From Paraphysomonas bandaiensis (lineage: Eukaryota > Protista > Chrysophyceae): a stretch of DNA of 64,000 nucleotides. Under the pieces are notes generated by a model that searched no databases, was not told where the DNA came from, and saw only the letters and a program-made list of their open reading frames with translations. Each line of letters opens with the position of its first letter. Position 1 is the first letter of the stretch. The translations under genes and the position numbers were made by a program. Where the stretch lies: positions 310,001 through 374,000 of the forward strand of contig CBFFRP010000363.1 of NCBI GenBank assembly GCA_965644295.1. Reading direction: 5' to 3'. Positions 21,659 through 35,217 of the stretch are shown here, piece after piece.

Positions 21659-22328
21659 GTGGTAATCACTTTGCATTCTCTCCCAAGGATGTCGTAGGAG
21701 TATTACCAGGTACGTTTCTGTTTTAATAACTAACTCCGGTAGAGATGGAAGCACAGCATGTCCCATACATGAAAATAATCGGCCATTACAGAGACCTTGT
21801 CTTTGTTCTACCTCCTATAACAGTACAGAATAAATATTAGACACGTTACTCTAAATGATATAAATAATATATTAATGTACACATCTTACCGATTCTAGCC
21901 ACTGTGAACACGGCTGCGATGAATTCGAAATCGCGCAGTCAAAATAATCATGAAAAAACCAGTTAATTAACGTTCCCGTCTTCGGAATATGCAGAAATTG
22001 TATTTTATCTAGACGAGTCTGAGGAGGCATCATGCACCTACGCGATCGGCTCAACGCGACGACACTTAAACAGTAGTCCGCTTAGCAGCACTAAACTGCA
22101 CGTGTCACAGTAGCGCCAAGAATTTAAAGGACCACCAAATAGCTCGAGCTTCTGAAGCTCAATCAGCAGCCGCGCAAAGTAACTGCAAGAGATTCGTTTC
22201 CCAGCACACCCCACCTCACTCACAGCCACTGCATCGGTATCTGGATGTACCACAAACTCTACGCTGCTCGCTGACACAAGACACATCCACGAGAACAGGA
22301 GTACCTGTATGCGTGATTTGATTAACAT
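21659..22328 (-). pseudogene. 5' half of a Golgi-type sulfotransferase gene, frameshifted and interrupted
   Basis: Signal-like N-terminus and 5'-PSB motif FLHIPKTGT. After an intron at 21889-21815 comes the 3'-PB motif ILLRHPWERMQSDYH, cut by the gag remnant. Frameshift near 22080. Confidence 0.8.
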
Positions 22329-22370
22329 TATCCGTCAAGCTGTGGACATCATCTTCAAGTGGACAGATAG

Positions 22371-22402
22371 ATACATGCATACATACATACATACATACAT
22401 AT
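22371..22402. repeat. (ATAC)n microsatellite
   Basis: atacatgcatacatacatacatacatacatat. Confidence 0.85.
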
Positions 22403-23262
22403 ATGGATGTAGCATTCATTCCAACCCTTTTTTCCTTGTGTTGATTCTTCATAGCAATAGAAGTTGTATGATATATATGTAAAGTAATGAGCCTTCAGTG
22501 CTCTGAACTTGTATATTTGCTTATACTAATCCGGATACGAGTTGAATATATCGTACTATCTTCAAGTTAAACATCCTAAAGTCAACGAAGAATATGCGCG
22601 AGATACCCTAGTCGCCCTGCTCCGGTTAACTCTAGAATCAAAGCGTAGATGTTGCAGTTAGGAGGGTTAGTAAGTCAACTGTATAGTTTTCGAGTTAGGA
22701 TAAATTAACCAATTCTTTTTTGCGTTGAAGAATTTCTGCGGTTAGATCATGCGCCTTTCATGATAGCATGAGATGTGTGACAGCCTGAAAAGCTACTAAC
22801 TAATAGAAATACAACTTATAATAGCTTTCACATCATATAGTTTTTAATATGTCTGCAATAACATATTACTGTGCTGCAGGAACTTGCTGTGGTAGGCGTA
22901 TTTCTAAATCATGGTGAAATAAATATGTAAGCCGTGCTCCAGCAAAAGTTGATGCTCCAAACGTAAAAGATATGCTACTGTGCTAAACTGTTGTGATGTA
23001 CAGTTGAATCATATACTCAAAAAAGTGCTATCGATGTAAATATGACACAAAGGAATCTTTGTGCCATTGGTTAATTATATTAAATCCAACGCAGAAAGCA
23101 ATATGCGTCTTTAAACATGAAATACAAAAAATTGTTAGGGCAACGCCACACTAAAACTCACTGCGCGATCTCTTTTTCTATACTCGATATCCATCATGAA
23201 CCAAAATCTCTTACCAAATCGAGGAAGTAATTCGGCTGAAACCATAAACAAATCGAGATGCT

Positions 23263-25078
23263 TCATCGGGCATAGTTCCGAGCTGCCTTTAATCCAGGCG
23301 CACACTCCGTACAAACTCTAAAGAGTTCACGAGGATCGATGCGAGGAATGCGACACTTGTCTCTCGAACAGTTTTCACACGTACATTTGCCACTGCAGAT
23401 AAAATTAACGGAAATCCAATATCCACGTCCAAGTACAAAGTACAAAAAACATGCATGCACTTACCAGTTGCGACAATGGTGCCGACGAAAAAGCACGGAG
23501 AACTCAGCTTTACATAATTCACAGCACGGTGCACTGCTGTCTAACTTCCATACAGGGCACATGTTGTCCACTGAGGGAGTGGTACCCGCTTTTTGCTGAG
23601 AATTCCTGACAAAGATATATTAGAACACCATTAAACGACCACCATATATAATCTATATATTAATCATACTAACCTAGCTGCAACGGTAATAGCCTCCATC
23701 CAAGAGTGCTTCGCTGACTCTGATGCAGCTGTTAGATGAAAAGACTTTTGAGTTGATAACAAAAGAAAGGTCTTGCTTTTGTCTGCCTCTGTACTGTCTG
23801 TAGACAGCATTCCTCTTGCAGATGCAAAGTCGCTGTTGGCCTCTCTGTATATATAGCATAGTAAGATAAATCGACAAAAGATTAGCCTAATTGTCACACA
23901 GTTGTATATTGTCAGGGACTATCTCACCTGACAAGCAGTGATGTCAGCGGAATTACTCGATTCAACTTTATGCGATTTCCCCCAATTCCCATTGCCCCCA
24001 CGACTCGACAGTAAGCAAAACATTCTTCTGTAAGAACACAATAAAACCTTTGCATCCCATCTCTGTTGCACTTGTCCAAGAACCCCTCACGTATCAAAGC
24101 ACTCGTACCAAGTGGAGTTTCACGTTCGGACTCGGACTCTTCAGATGCACTGGACAGAACTCCATTGAGTTCTGTCAGTCGTTGGGAACCTTGCAATCGC
24201 TCCGCATCTGTACTGTTGGGGTAGATCTGGAGGTCATGGAGGGTGCAATTGCTGGCACTGAGTATGACGAGTCAAAACTTTAAGTATCACATCTTATAAC
24301 AATCATAGTGCATGATAGCTTAAAAATATAACCAAAACACTTACAACAGTGATGAGAGCTGGCTCATAGATCCTTGTAGAGAAAGTTTTCGAGAACTAAA
24401 CGGAATGGATAAGGAAACACTCTTGTCGGCCTTTTTCGCGGATATATTCGAATCGCCATCATGTGAAAGCTCACTTCGCTGTGGTTTCATCATCGAGTCG
24501 ACTGGTACAGCTGGTACCGTTTTCAACGATGGCGGAGCTGGAGCGCGTGGAGGAGGTGGAGGAGGTACAGCAGATGCTGTATTAGGTGCCGGACGACTCG
24601 GTAGAGGTATTGGCGGGGCTGGACAAGGTGGTTTCGTGTGGCTTATTCGAACAGATTGACTCGGAGACACTGATGGTTGCGGGCTCGAAGAAAAACCCGT
24701 AGGTTGAGTCGCTTGTGGTCCTGCTGGAGTGAGGTTCTTGTATTTACTCGACAGGCCGTATCTATCTGCCAATGGTGATGAGTTTGACGTATTTTCGCCA
24801 GTAGAAACCGACACTGTCTTCGGAGGCTTGTGCGGCTTGGCTGGCTTTGCTGGAGAGGTAGCCCCTATTGCACTAGGATATGATGTCGAAGAGGGGGAAG
24901 AGTAGGCACTAGGCTTGACACTGTCTGTATCGGAGTTAACACTCCCTGCAGGACTTGCACCGCTCAATGTTGAATTCGAGAAGCTACCATTAGTGTTGTT
25001 GAAGGATTGAGGTGAATGCGAGCTCGTGCCTTTGTCGTCTACCTTTCGTAACTTCACTCCGGCCCAAGGTGATGACAT
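23263..25078 (-). CDS. Proline/serine-rich PH + FYVE domain protein (phafin/FGD-like C-terminus), spliced
   Basis: PH: LIREGFLDKCNRDGMQRFYCVL...KSFHLTAASESAKHSWMEAI. FYVE: PVWKLD...CELCKAEFSVLFRRHHCRNC|GKCTCENCS...RVCTEC. ATG at 25078. Confidence 0.88.
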
Positions 25079-25745
25079 AGCAGATGTGATATATATAACT
25101 GTGTCCTGCGGCCTCACTCTGCACTTCCCATTGACGTAAGTATGCTTTACCCTCAACTTAACTTCAGTAGCAGTGCAACTTTCAAACTAATAGCTCACGT
25201 CGCTGCGATATATGCGATGCCTTTCAGTGAGACTTAAGTGACCAAATATTGTCTACTCATATGCTGCCTGTGTATGCTCTATACATCTGCTGTATATGTA
25301 CTGTAGGCACAGCACACATATAGAGTGTTGAATGCAATTTCAAGTATTTCAGGTGCTCAAACACTAAGAATGCCCGGTTTTGTGGGAACTACCAAGGATT
25401 AGTTGGACTATTAGGAAATATCCGCATATCTTACACTTTTAAGAGTTTTCGGGGCCTACAGCTGCGAAAATCTAGATCTTACTGGGGTAGGAATTCCTAC
25501 TCCTCTGTATGCTCAAGCCTCCTGAGTACGTATGCCTGGTATACACATCCACTATACAGCAGTACCAGGGCGGACAGCTGTATGTGCAAGTGTTTCGTTG
25601 CTGGCAGTTAGAGTGGTATGCGTATCATCTGACGCATTCCACACATATCACATCAATCCATAGCAATCACGATCTCGATAATACACATAGCAGCAATTGA
25701 GGGCAGCACTCATCAAACTAGTACTAAAACACTACTATTCCAATC

Positions 25746-26887
25746 ATGGCCGCCTCTGCTGCGGCAGTTATTAATTTTTTTGATAGGTTTTGGAACCGAT
25801 TAACAGCAGGAGACGCATGGAAGTCGGGGTTCCTCAGTGCTATGGCGCTGACTGCATCTGTTGGTTGTATAGCCTCTGCTCTTCCTCTTTGGAACTTCAG
25901 ATTGAATTTTGTTATGAATCTGGTCAATGTTATTGATATAAGGACGGGGTTGCTGTTCTCTAAACTGCACCGCACGAAGGAAGCTGATTTGGCTTCTATT
26001 AATCGATTTCGGCGAGAACAACACATGCTTCCACTTGGACCAGTACGCAAAATGAAAAGCACTGAAAAGACGAGTATGGTATCGAGATTTGGCCATAGCA
26101 TTCCATTATATGTATTCACTCCCATCGATCACACGGAAGGAAGCCCAATGATAATATATTATCATGGAGGTCAGATCTGTAATGTTCACATCGTGTAAAT
26201 CACGGTGAATTGCTTGCAGGTGGCTTTGTGATTGGAGATGTACTCTTCTATGAGTCAGTTCTCACCTTCATTGCTCAAGAGACTGGTTGCGTGGTGATTG
26301 GGGTAGATTATCGGAAGGCACCCGAGAACAAATTTCCAGCTGCTCCATTGGACTGTATCGAGAGCACGGAGTGGATAATCGCTCATGCTGAGAATTTCGG
26401 CTGTGATTCATCCCGTGTGTGTGTCATGGGTGATTCTGCGGGTGGCCATTTGGCTGCAATTGTTGCTCGAGAATTGCAGGATAGAGTTTCCCTTTCGATC
26501 CCAATCTACCCGGTGATATACTGGGGTGTCTTGAGTCAGTCGAAGCATGATAATTCCATGCAGCCAGTGCTATCCTCTGCACTAATGGAGTGGTTCAGTT
26601 TGCGCTATTTTACGTCGAGGGATGAGATGTGTCACCCTCTGGCTAACCCATTATCTGGCGATGTTAGCAAGCTCCCACGAACACATATCATTACCGCTGA
26701 ATTCGACTGCCTGCGAGACGAGGGGCTCGAGTACATGCTTAAGCTTCAATCTGCAGGTGTAAACGTCAGCTATAAGCAATATAATAACACTTGTCATGGC
26801 TTCTTTGGGGCGGAGTATTTGGCTACTCATGGACGGCAGGCGGTAGTGGATATCAGCAATGTTATTCGAATGCATTTTGGACTCTAG
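25746..26887 (+). CDS. Hormone-sensitive-lipase family alpha/beta hydrolase (carboxylesterase)
   Basis: YYHGG|GF spans intron 26170-26219. VDYRKAPENKFPAA, nucleophile GDSAG, acid EFDCLRDE and His HGF are present. Confidence 0.93.
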
Positions 26888-27699
26888 TTCAATTTATAAA
26901 ACCAGAAGGGTGAAACCTGTAAGTGGAAAATGTTTTATCATACTTCGAAGTTTTCCAGATATATATAAGTTAAAGTAAAGTGCCATGTTTGGATGTCATG
27001 TACCAATTATTGGTCAGTTAGCGATGCTATAGAATCAATGCAAGTTAAAATGAAGAGCTTGTAAACCTATTGGTGGTAAACCTAGTGGTATAAATATGCA
27101 TTTGTTGTCGATCTACTAGAATGGAGGTGTATGAATAATGTCCTAATTAGTCGGTAGATGTGTAACCTTAGTGACGGATGTTAGATGTTAGGATCCCATG
27201 TTCTCAATACTCGGAAAATGTTAAGAATACTCAGATGGCGTTAGTTGCGATAAGCTCGCGTTATGTACCTCTCATCGTATTTTTTATATTAATTTTCCAC
27301 ATTTTGAATTTTAACTTAGTATGTCGCGATTAAAACGTCAAAGGGGTGCGATTGAACCCCTTCCGTACGCCTCAAAGTCAATGTTCAGCGGTGTTGACTT
27401 ATGAAGTGAATTTCACTTTTATGATAGACGTACTCATAAAACATGCAAGTCTATATTACCTTTATGATCACAAAAGATCTAGAACAGTTTTGAAGATTTT
27501 ATTTGCTGGTGAAGAACTCTCGCTTGAATCAAATTCACGAGAAGACGCTAACTTGATTTCTTTGGCATCGTCAACCTATGCGTAGTCACCTTAAAAAAAA
27601 AATTCATATACATATTCCTATATTTTTTAACTATATATTATTCAAATCTATCATAGTTAGCAGGACCATCACTTACTGGAGTGAGCTCTGTATTCTGTA

Positions 27700-27865
27700 C
27701 TATAGAGCGAAATTGGTTGCGCCGTTGCACCTTGGTGCTTGCGGTGACGCAAAGCAGGTAGGGCATCAGAGTAAAGCACTAGTTAGTTAAATTGTTTTGC
27801 TACATTAGCTCCGACTCTTACACGCCTATTGCAAATTACCAGACATTCTCTTCTATTCTGTACTA
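27700..27865 (+). mobile_element. Dispersed repeat family copy E (same subfamily as A)
   Basis: tagagcgaaattg...gcaccttggtgcttgcggtgacgcaaagcaggtagg...aagcactag...gactctta...ctattgc matches the reverse complement of 8190-8323. Confidence 0.8.
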
Positions 27866-27960
27866 TGAAATATATTATATGTTTATAATCCATTAATCAT
27901 TAGCAATATCTAATGTGTAACCTGAGGAATTAATTTGTATCCATCCATCAAAAACTAAAA

Positions 27961-30900
27961 CTAAGTAAACATGTTTCTGAACTGGTCATTGCTCATTCCC
28001 TCCTTTGGAGCTGCTGCTTCATGGCCAGGTGCTTTTTCACTCACATTTTTGTCTACGCTAGTCTCAGTCGTTTCAGTTTCCGCTTGCGGAGTCACGGAGG
28101 TCGTGACAGTGCTACTCTTTACTTTTAGTCCTCGAGGTTTAAGTGAAAACAATGAAGCAGAAGAAAACTTTTGTTTCGGCTCAGTACTCCTCCCGCTACT
28201 AACAAGGCAAACACAATCAATCAGCAAAGCAGGTCAAAAGGTAAGGCATATGATGATAATCAATTGTGCAGTACATTTATATATATGGAACATAGACGGT
28301 ATATAGACTTGCATATATACTAAATAAACTACTTGACGCGTGTTCTCTCACCTGGACATATACTTATTCGAAGAAGGTCCCTTCGTTTCAACTATGGCGG
28401 GAAATCTCGAGCGAGATATATTCACAGCATGACCTCGTATCAGGATAGGATCTGATGCTCCAAGAATGTCCTCTACAGATTGCTTTTCTTTGAACTGTAT
28501 GAGCCCGTGACCCTGCAATACAATTTGTTAAAACACATGTCCATTGCAGTGCGCGCATACAGTACATATTAATCTGTTTTGAATTTAAGGTAACACAAAC
28601 AACATATGGAATTAGTACGGATATAGAGAGAGAAACAATAGTATATCACATACTTTACTTCTTCCCGTGCGCTTATCGCATACCACTTTACATCCTATAA
28701 TTTCCCCACTGACCACTCCAACTATAGACTCTTTTAGTTCACTCTCTGTGGCATCCTTGGGCAACCTAGAGACGAACAGTGTAGTTGGATGGTATGACTC
28801 CGCATCATCTCCCGACGCACCACCTTGAGTTGTATTCCGAAAACGCTCAATCGTAACTACTCTCCCATTTACCTTCGGGTTATTCAACTTAATGGCTCTA
28901 TCCACAGCTGTAGCAGATGTAAAGTCTGCATGCGCCATCCCACGTGATTTCCCCGCCTTACTGCAAACAATGCGAACTTGGGAAATCTTGCCACATGGCT
29001 GGAGAGCATTACGAATATCATTTTCGGTGGCATCAAACGAAAGATTTTTAATAAATACAGAGTGTACAGGAACCGCCCCTGTGTCTTCTTCTACGGTCGA
29101 ACAGTGTTCAACTTCACCACCTTCAGTGTCAGTCGGAAGTGCAGTAACTTCGCCAGGCACATCATCACTTGTCGGATGGTGCTTCGAGGTTGCATCATTC
29201 GATTCATTTACAATTTTCATTCGTTTAGGTACATTTTCATTGTCAAAACAATTAGAACTTGCCGCTGCATATGTTTCGTCTGTTTTTTCTGACACGGCTG
29301 CTGCGGCCCTCTTATTCGGTCGAACAGAAGTTTCTTTCTGAATCTCCTGTGAGCTGTTCGAGGTTTGCTGTTTAACCTTTTTGGAAGCCTTCGTGCGACC
29401 ACTGGGTGAATCTGCTGCTATACATCTTCGGTGGTTAGGATTTTTTTGTCGACGATTAATAACATGCATAATATCCAGCACTGATCCAGACTCCTCTTCG
29501 AACGACAACCAGCTGGAGAGTAGCTCTTCATGGGGATATACGATTGTCGCATTGTCATACATCAATACAGCATCGACAGACATTGGATCAACACAAACAG
29601 CCTTACATGGTGAGCTATCTACAGCTTTCAGTGCACGGCGGTAGAGTTTTCGGCAGTGTTGAATATCCTTCTGACTAGTCTTTGCCCAGAGTATATACGC
29701 TTTCCACAACGGGTAGCTTTTGGCCCAGGAACCACTGATAGCCTTTTCCCAAACCTCCTCTGATCGTGAACCCACTTCAGTTCCCGCCAGCGTACCATCC
29801 ACAGAATCAGATATAGTTTCTATGATACCATCCTCTATACGGATACGGTAATGTATGTATAGAATCAAACCACTCTCCCAATCTCCAAGAAAGTTTTCTA
29901 AGTAACTTCCGACAAAGTCCAATGCCCCATACAAGTTTTGTACACATTGCAATATATTCTCCGGCGTGCTACCCTTAGTTACCACTTCTTCTAGGGCACG
30001 ACGAAATACATCACAATACAACTTGCAAACTGTAAAATAATCCGATTTGTAAGGGAAAGATGACTGTACTGCCTTCTCCATTGTACTGTACGCCGCCAGC
30101 GGCAAAGTTGAAAGTGCATCTGCACTACGAGCAGCCATTAACTCCAACGACATATACCTCATGCGCCACACTTCAACCTCGCCGGTACATGATTGAACTT
30201 TTATCATTCGACGAGTAATACTTTCTACAAGAGAGTGATCTTTCAGCTTGTCATATGCGAAAGTGAGAAAGTCCATCCAAAGCGATGCGCAATGAGAACA
30301 AGACATCAATGCACGCTCATAAAGTCGTTGAGCACGGTACAGCTGACTGTCCTTCAATTCAAATTCAATATAAGTTCTCCAAGCCACAATTTGAGCCTCT
30401 TCACTCATGGATTGCAAGTTATTAACGTTTTCTTCAAATGGCATACGAGCTTCTCGCAATTCGAGTCCAGTCTCATAGGCACTTGATAAGGCCGGCGGAT
30501 TAATAATATTTACATCTGATTCCACACAGACTTCTTGAAGGCATTCATCCATTTCTGCAAGGGTGGACTCGTTATCTATGAGAGGATTTGCAAGTTGGCG
30601 CAAGAAGACGTTGATGAGGCGCTTCTTAGCTTCTTGGATAATATCAGGTGGAGATTGTGTTTCCAGATGATCTTCAAGTTCATCCGTTTCAAACTCACGA
30701 TAGCGTGTCCATATCGGTCGTCCATGAAGTATATCCATTCCTACAGTACCCACAGCTCGCTCATATACATTCCGCATCATTTGCTCAGTCTACAGTAGCG
30801 ACAATGAAAATTATACAACACTGCGAACTGCGAACACTTACAATATTTTCGGCTTCATACAAATTGGTCATTGTATCTATATACTCGGATATAATAGAGA

Positions 30901-31216
30901 CATCTGGGCAGTGAAGCAGCGCATCAGCAAACACATTCTCTAGCTGGTTAAAGTTAGCGCAATCGGATTAGAGAACACATGAGCTTACAGCAGACACACT
31001 CTCAGTGTTATTCTGTACAGCTATCACAGTATCAGTGATCCAGGATGACCAAAAAGATACATCTGGTATAACGTATGAAGTGTACTGTGTCCTTATTTGG
31101 TTTAGTTTGTCCCCTGTATCGCCCTGGTCTTGATAGAGGTCAATCAACGAGAGCATTGCATGGACATCCGATGGATTAGATGCGATGTGTGCTTCTAGTT
31201 CTTGCACTGTGTTCAT
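27961..31216 (-). CDS. SART3: SART3/Prp24 U4/U6 snRNP recycling factor, spliced
   Basis: HAT repeats (RNVYERAVGTVG, AQRLYERAL, CRKLYRRAL), two RRMs (VFIKNLSF...KSRGMAHADF; TLFVSRLP) and the C-terminal Lsm-binding motif MSNDQFRNMF. Confidence 0.92.
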
Positions 31217-31577
31217 TTTTATTCCACTTGTGTCAAGATTGTATCGCGGATATGATGTCGAGCTCTGTCCATGCAATGAATGAGTGCATCATACATGAGC
31301 TCTTGTTGCTATCTGTGAATATCATACACATACACACACATACACTGCACTGCTGTACACTCCTCAGACTCTGTTGCGAGATGTCAAAACTGTGAGTTTC
31401 TTGATTAAAACAACAGAAATAAAGGGATTTTCTGTAGATGGATGACAGAATGTCCCATCGAAATATAGAAAGAATCCCTAGAAATAGCCGATTTATAGAA
31501 TATACAGAAGTGGTATCGAACTGTTACGCTATCACATCCCGCATACTTATATCATCCTCAAGCGGCTATCTTCACAG

Positions 31578-32865
31578 ATGGGAAACTATCCTAGTGATAC
31601 TGCAGTAGAGGTGCGGCGTGAAGATGATAACAGTGAGGATTACCTTGAACCTGAATTCGACTTGACAGCTCTACCAGAGCTCGTTCGTGATGTGGAACTC
31701 ATACGGCAGAGGCGAGATAACACCTACTTGAGGTACATGTGCAAATGGTGATATGAAGCCCTGTTTAATGAATGGATCGAATCAGTTTGTGTGGGATGCG
31801 TATAGGAGATGAAGGGGTTGATACTTTGTGTCCGTATATGGCGAAAGACAACACCACCACATGGATAGAGTGGGTCTCTTCCTCTTCTCACTTGTTTGAA
31901 TAATGTTATCATTCAGCTTATCAAGAAACAACATAAGAAACAATGGAGTACATATGATCTGCGATATACTGATCAGTAATTCCACTTTGACGAGGCTAGA
32001 GTATGTGTTTTAGACGTATAATTCCTCGATTCGTGAGCTTCATCTGTTCGTAGTTTAGGAGCGAATAATTTCAATGGCGATGCTGTTTTCCGTATTGCAG
32101 AAATCCTGGCAAAAAATTCTACTCTGACACATATTGAGTAAGATTCTACATTCGTATCTGTTGAAATCACTCATCATTTGCTTTGCCTATCTAGCTTACA
32201 TAACAACGGCATCGATGACTTAGGAGCAGCAGCAATTGCAGAGTCTCTCAAGATTAATAACAACCTCATTCACTTGAAGTGAGGATAATTTTGTCCGTCG
32301 CTTTTTATATTCTAACTTAGTTTATCTACTATGTAGCTTGTACGGTAACGATATAGGCCATAAGGGTGCAGTGGAGTATGCTGTGGCACTTCGGTCTAAC
32401 AGAACACTCAAAGCTCTTAAGTATGTATACATTTAGTTTCATCTGCACAATTTGATTTTTTTTGTCTAGTTTAGATCAGAATCGCATTGATGAAGATGGT
32501 CACAGGGAATTTGCTGAGATCTTCTATAGCTGTGATGTAATCGTCTTGGAGAGGTAATGGTCGTCATCACATGTGGATAAATGTTATACAGGGTATCATA
32601 GTCATAACACTTGTACATTCTGTTCTACATAGAGCGGTGACTATCTGGTTCATATAGAGTATTGTGTCATATGTATTGTCGTATGTATATTTTTGAACGA
32701 AGTGTGCTCCGCGTTGCTTACATACTGCCACTGCGTTTTATCTGCAGGCTACGTGGTATAAACCTATCATCGTATGGACACCTGCTGTTTTTGCATCCAC
32801 CAACAGGTAGTCTAAGTAACGATGAAATATTAAGAATGATGAGAGAAATAAGAAATGAAATGTAA
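31578..32865 (+). CDS. Small RI-type leucine-rich-repeat protein (NLRC3-like LRRs) with a putative N-myristoylation signal; 8 exons
   Basis: Exons 31578-31732, 31786-31869, 31917-32000, 32054-32137, 32195-32278, 32337-32420, 32470-32553 and 32748-32865, all joined by GT-AG phase-2 introns. Example repeat LHNNGIDDLGAAAIAESLKINNNLIHLN. The protein starts MGNYPS. Confidence 0.9.
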
Positions 32866-33312
32866 ATAGCCTATATTAGGTTTATCTGTTTGTTTCTTAA
32901 TGCACATATCATTGTTTTTCTGCGTAGCTGTTAAAAATTATAGCAGCTCCATACTTTACAATTAGTTTGTCTTAGCTAGAGTTTTATAGACCACGTACAA
33001 AAGAACAAACAGCTAGACTAAATAGGTATGTTGTAGTGCAGTCATTAAGAAGATTCATTGATTCCTGTATTATATCTCTTAGCACGCGAATACAACTAGA
33101 GAATACAACGAAATATCAATTGACTGAATAATTACCAGGCTATATAAAATACGCGAATGTGTACGGTTCTAATGCTCTTTACAACTGAATCCTGCTATTA
33201 TACTACTAAGCTTTATTCTTCATGTGGAGTTCATATAATAAATCTTCTAATTAATACGAAGTGCATCTTTCATTAAACACTAAGACTAGCTATAAATCTT
33301 ATTTGTCATCTT

Positions 33313-35217
33313 TTACGAATTGTTATCTTCCTTAGTAGCATATTTCGTATTATATTTCTTCAGGTTCTTTAGATGTACCATATATCGTCAGATCACATGT
33401 CTTAAAATACATTTCAGTTTCATGCATGTTGTAGTGTGCACATAAATACTTAATGGCTGCACCTCAGAATAGTTACTAAAAGTGAAACAATCAGATATCA
33501 AACCAAAAAAAGAGAAAAAATGATAGTTTTTTAGTTATTTAAGTGTCATACCTATATTTCACCATTCAAATCTATAAAAGTATATCTACCTATACAAGTA
33601 AGCGCATTTTCCGCAATAAACGTAGCGAACTTTATTGTGTCGTGGCCTACAACTATATGCAGGCCTACAACACAACATACGTGGAAATATCATCCATGAG
33701 CTTCTGCAGATGTTCCAAGAGCGGAGTTGACGAGAACCTCAGGTCTTCCATCTGTAATAAGACAAATAAGGAAAGCTATAATTTCACCGCAAATACACAA
33801 CTCATGCGGAAGACATTATAATATCTTCGTATTTAAGCAAACAATACATGTACGACAGCATTTATAAAATCAATGGCAACTTTTACCTGTCTAAATATGC
33901 ACACTTTAGTAGCCATGATAAGATTATCTTTGTACATTCCGCAAGCAATGCTTATAGTATCTTGGAACGACATTTCCATTTTTTCAGTTTGAAATACAAT
34001 GTCGGATGCGTGTTTGATAGCGTTCACCTAAAACAATAACCGTAAACAAGTGCAATATCACTCATATGCAGCATTAAAATTCCAGCTAACTTATCATTCA
34101 AAATTTAGCATACACTCTAGATAAATAACATAAGGCAATATAGTTCAAAGGCTTTTCGCCTCGTACTCACATCGCCATCCCTATCGAGTTCATCGGCAAG
34201 TTGTTTCACAGCTTCAACAAGGTTCGCTACTTGTTGAGCAGCTGTAGTCCTGAGTCTCTCTACTTTGCTTACTGAAGTCGATATCATGCGCTTGATATCA
34301 GAAGATAGTTCAGATATCGCAGATGCGTATGCGATGTCCATCTGCGACACACATCGTAAAATAGCTCGTATCACGAAAATTCAGGAACAGGAAAAATATT
34401 TCAGCATTTATATACTTGTAAATACCTGGTCATGCACGTACTTGAGCAGTGCTTCTTCTTCACTCTGCTGTTGCTGGCGTATACTTTCTTCCGCAGCTCG
34501 TCGGTAGTCTCCGTCCTCGTCCCATTCTCGTGCAGCAGCCTCCATAGCCTCGGCCCACTGCCGTTGAAAATCTAGCTCCGCGTTGTGCTACGCAATTAAA
34601 TGTTATATACAAACACAACCAGTACAATAGATATATCAATAAAAATACGTGGATGAGAACTTTTAAAGCATATCAGTAGGCAACAAGATAGTAACTGTCG
34701 TAGATAGGCATCAAACACATTCAAAATAGATTTAAGTTCCACAGCTTACACTCACTTCAACTTTCATAAGAGGTTCATCCGCAGCCGCTAATGCACTATC
34801 CTCTTGTTCTATAAAAAATTCTGTCCCCGTGTCCAGAACACGCGTGGCGGCTACATTTAATTCCTTCAGTCTCACGGTGTCGTACGTGCTTGGCAATTCT
34901 GACAGAGTTTCATTATCTTGTAAAATTGCACTACCAATACCCGAATACTCATCGCGTTGGCACAAATCTGCAATGCAGTGTTGAAAGGCCAAAAAAACAT
35001 CTGAAATCGCAGCAGTCTTTCGGTTCTCCATTTGAAGTTGCAGAGACTGTAACCGTTGATTGAGCTCGCGGTCGATTTTCTCAGCTGCTCCATCCTGCAA
35101 TTCTAGTAATATTTTCTCATGTTCCTCCCTTAAACGACCCCTCATATTGAGATATGCGGCAGAAAGAGAATTAGGATCTGGCACAGAGGCACTTGTCGGT
35201 GAACTCATCCTTTCCAT
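33313..35217 (-). CDS. Coiled-coil protein of unknown function, spliced (ends approximate)
   Basis: Helical exons MERMSSPTS...LREEHEKILLELQDG..., ...MDIAYASAISELSSDIKR... and ...NAIKHASDIVFQ... joined by GT-AG introns. The last plausible exon ends at TAA 33313. Confidence 0.6.

Noticed and set aside
28892-30914. Plus-strand ORFs opposite SART3, and similar antisense ORFs elsewhere
   Set aside because: Antisense shadows of well-supported genes.
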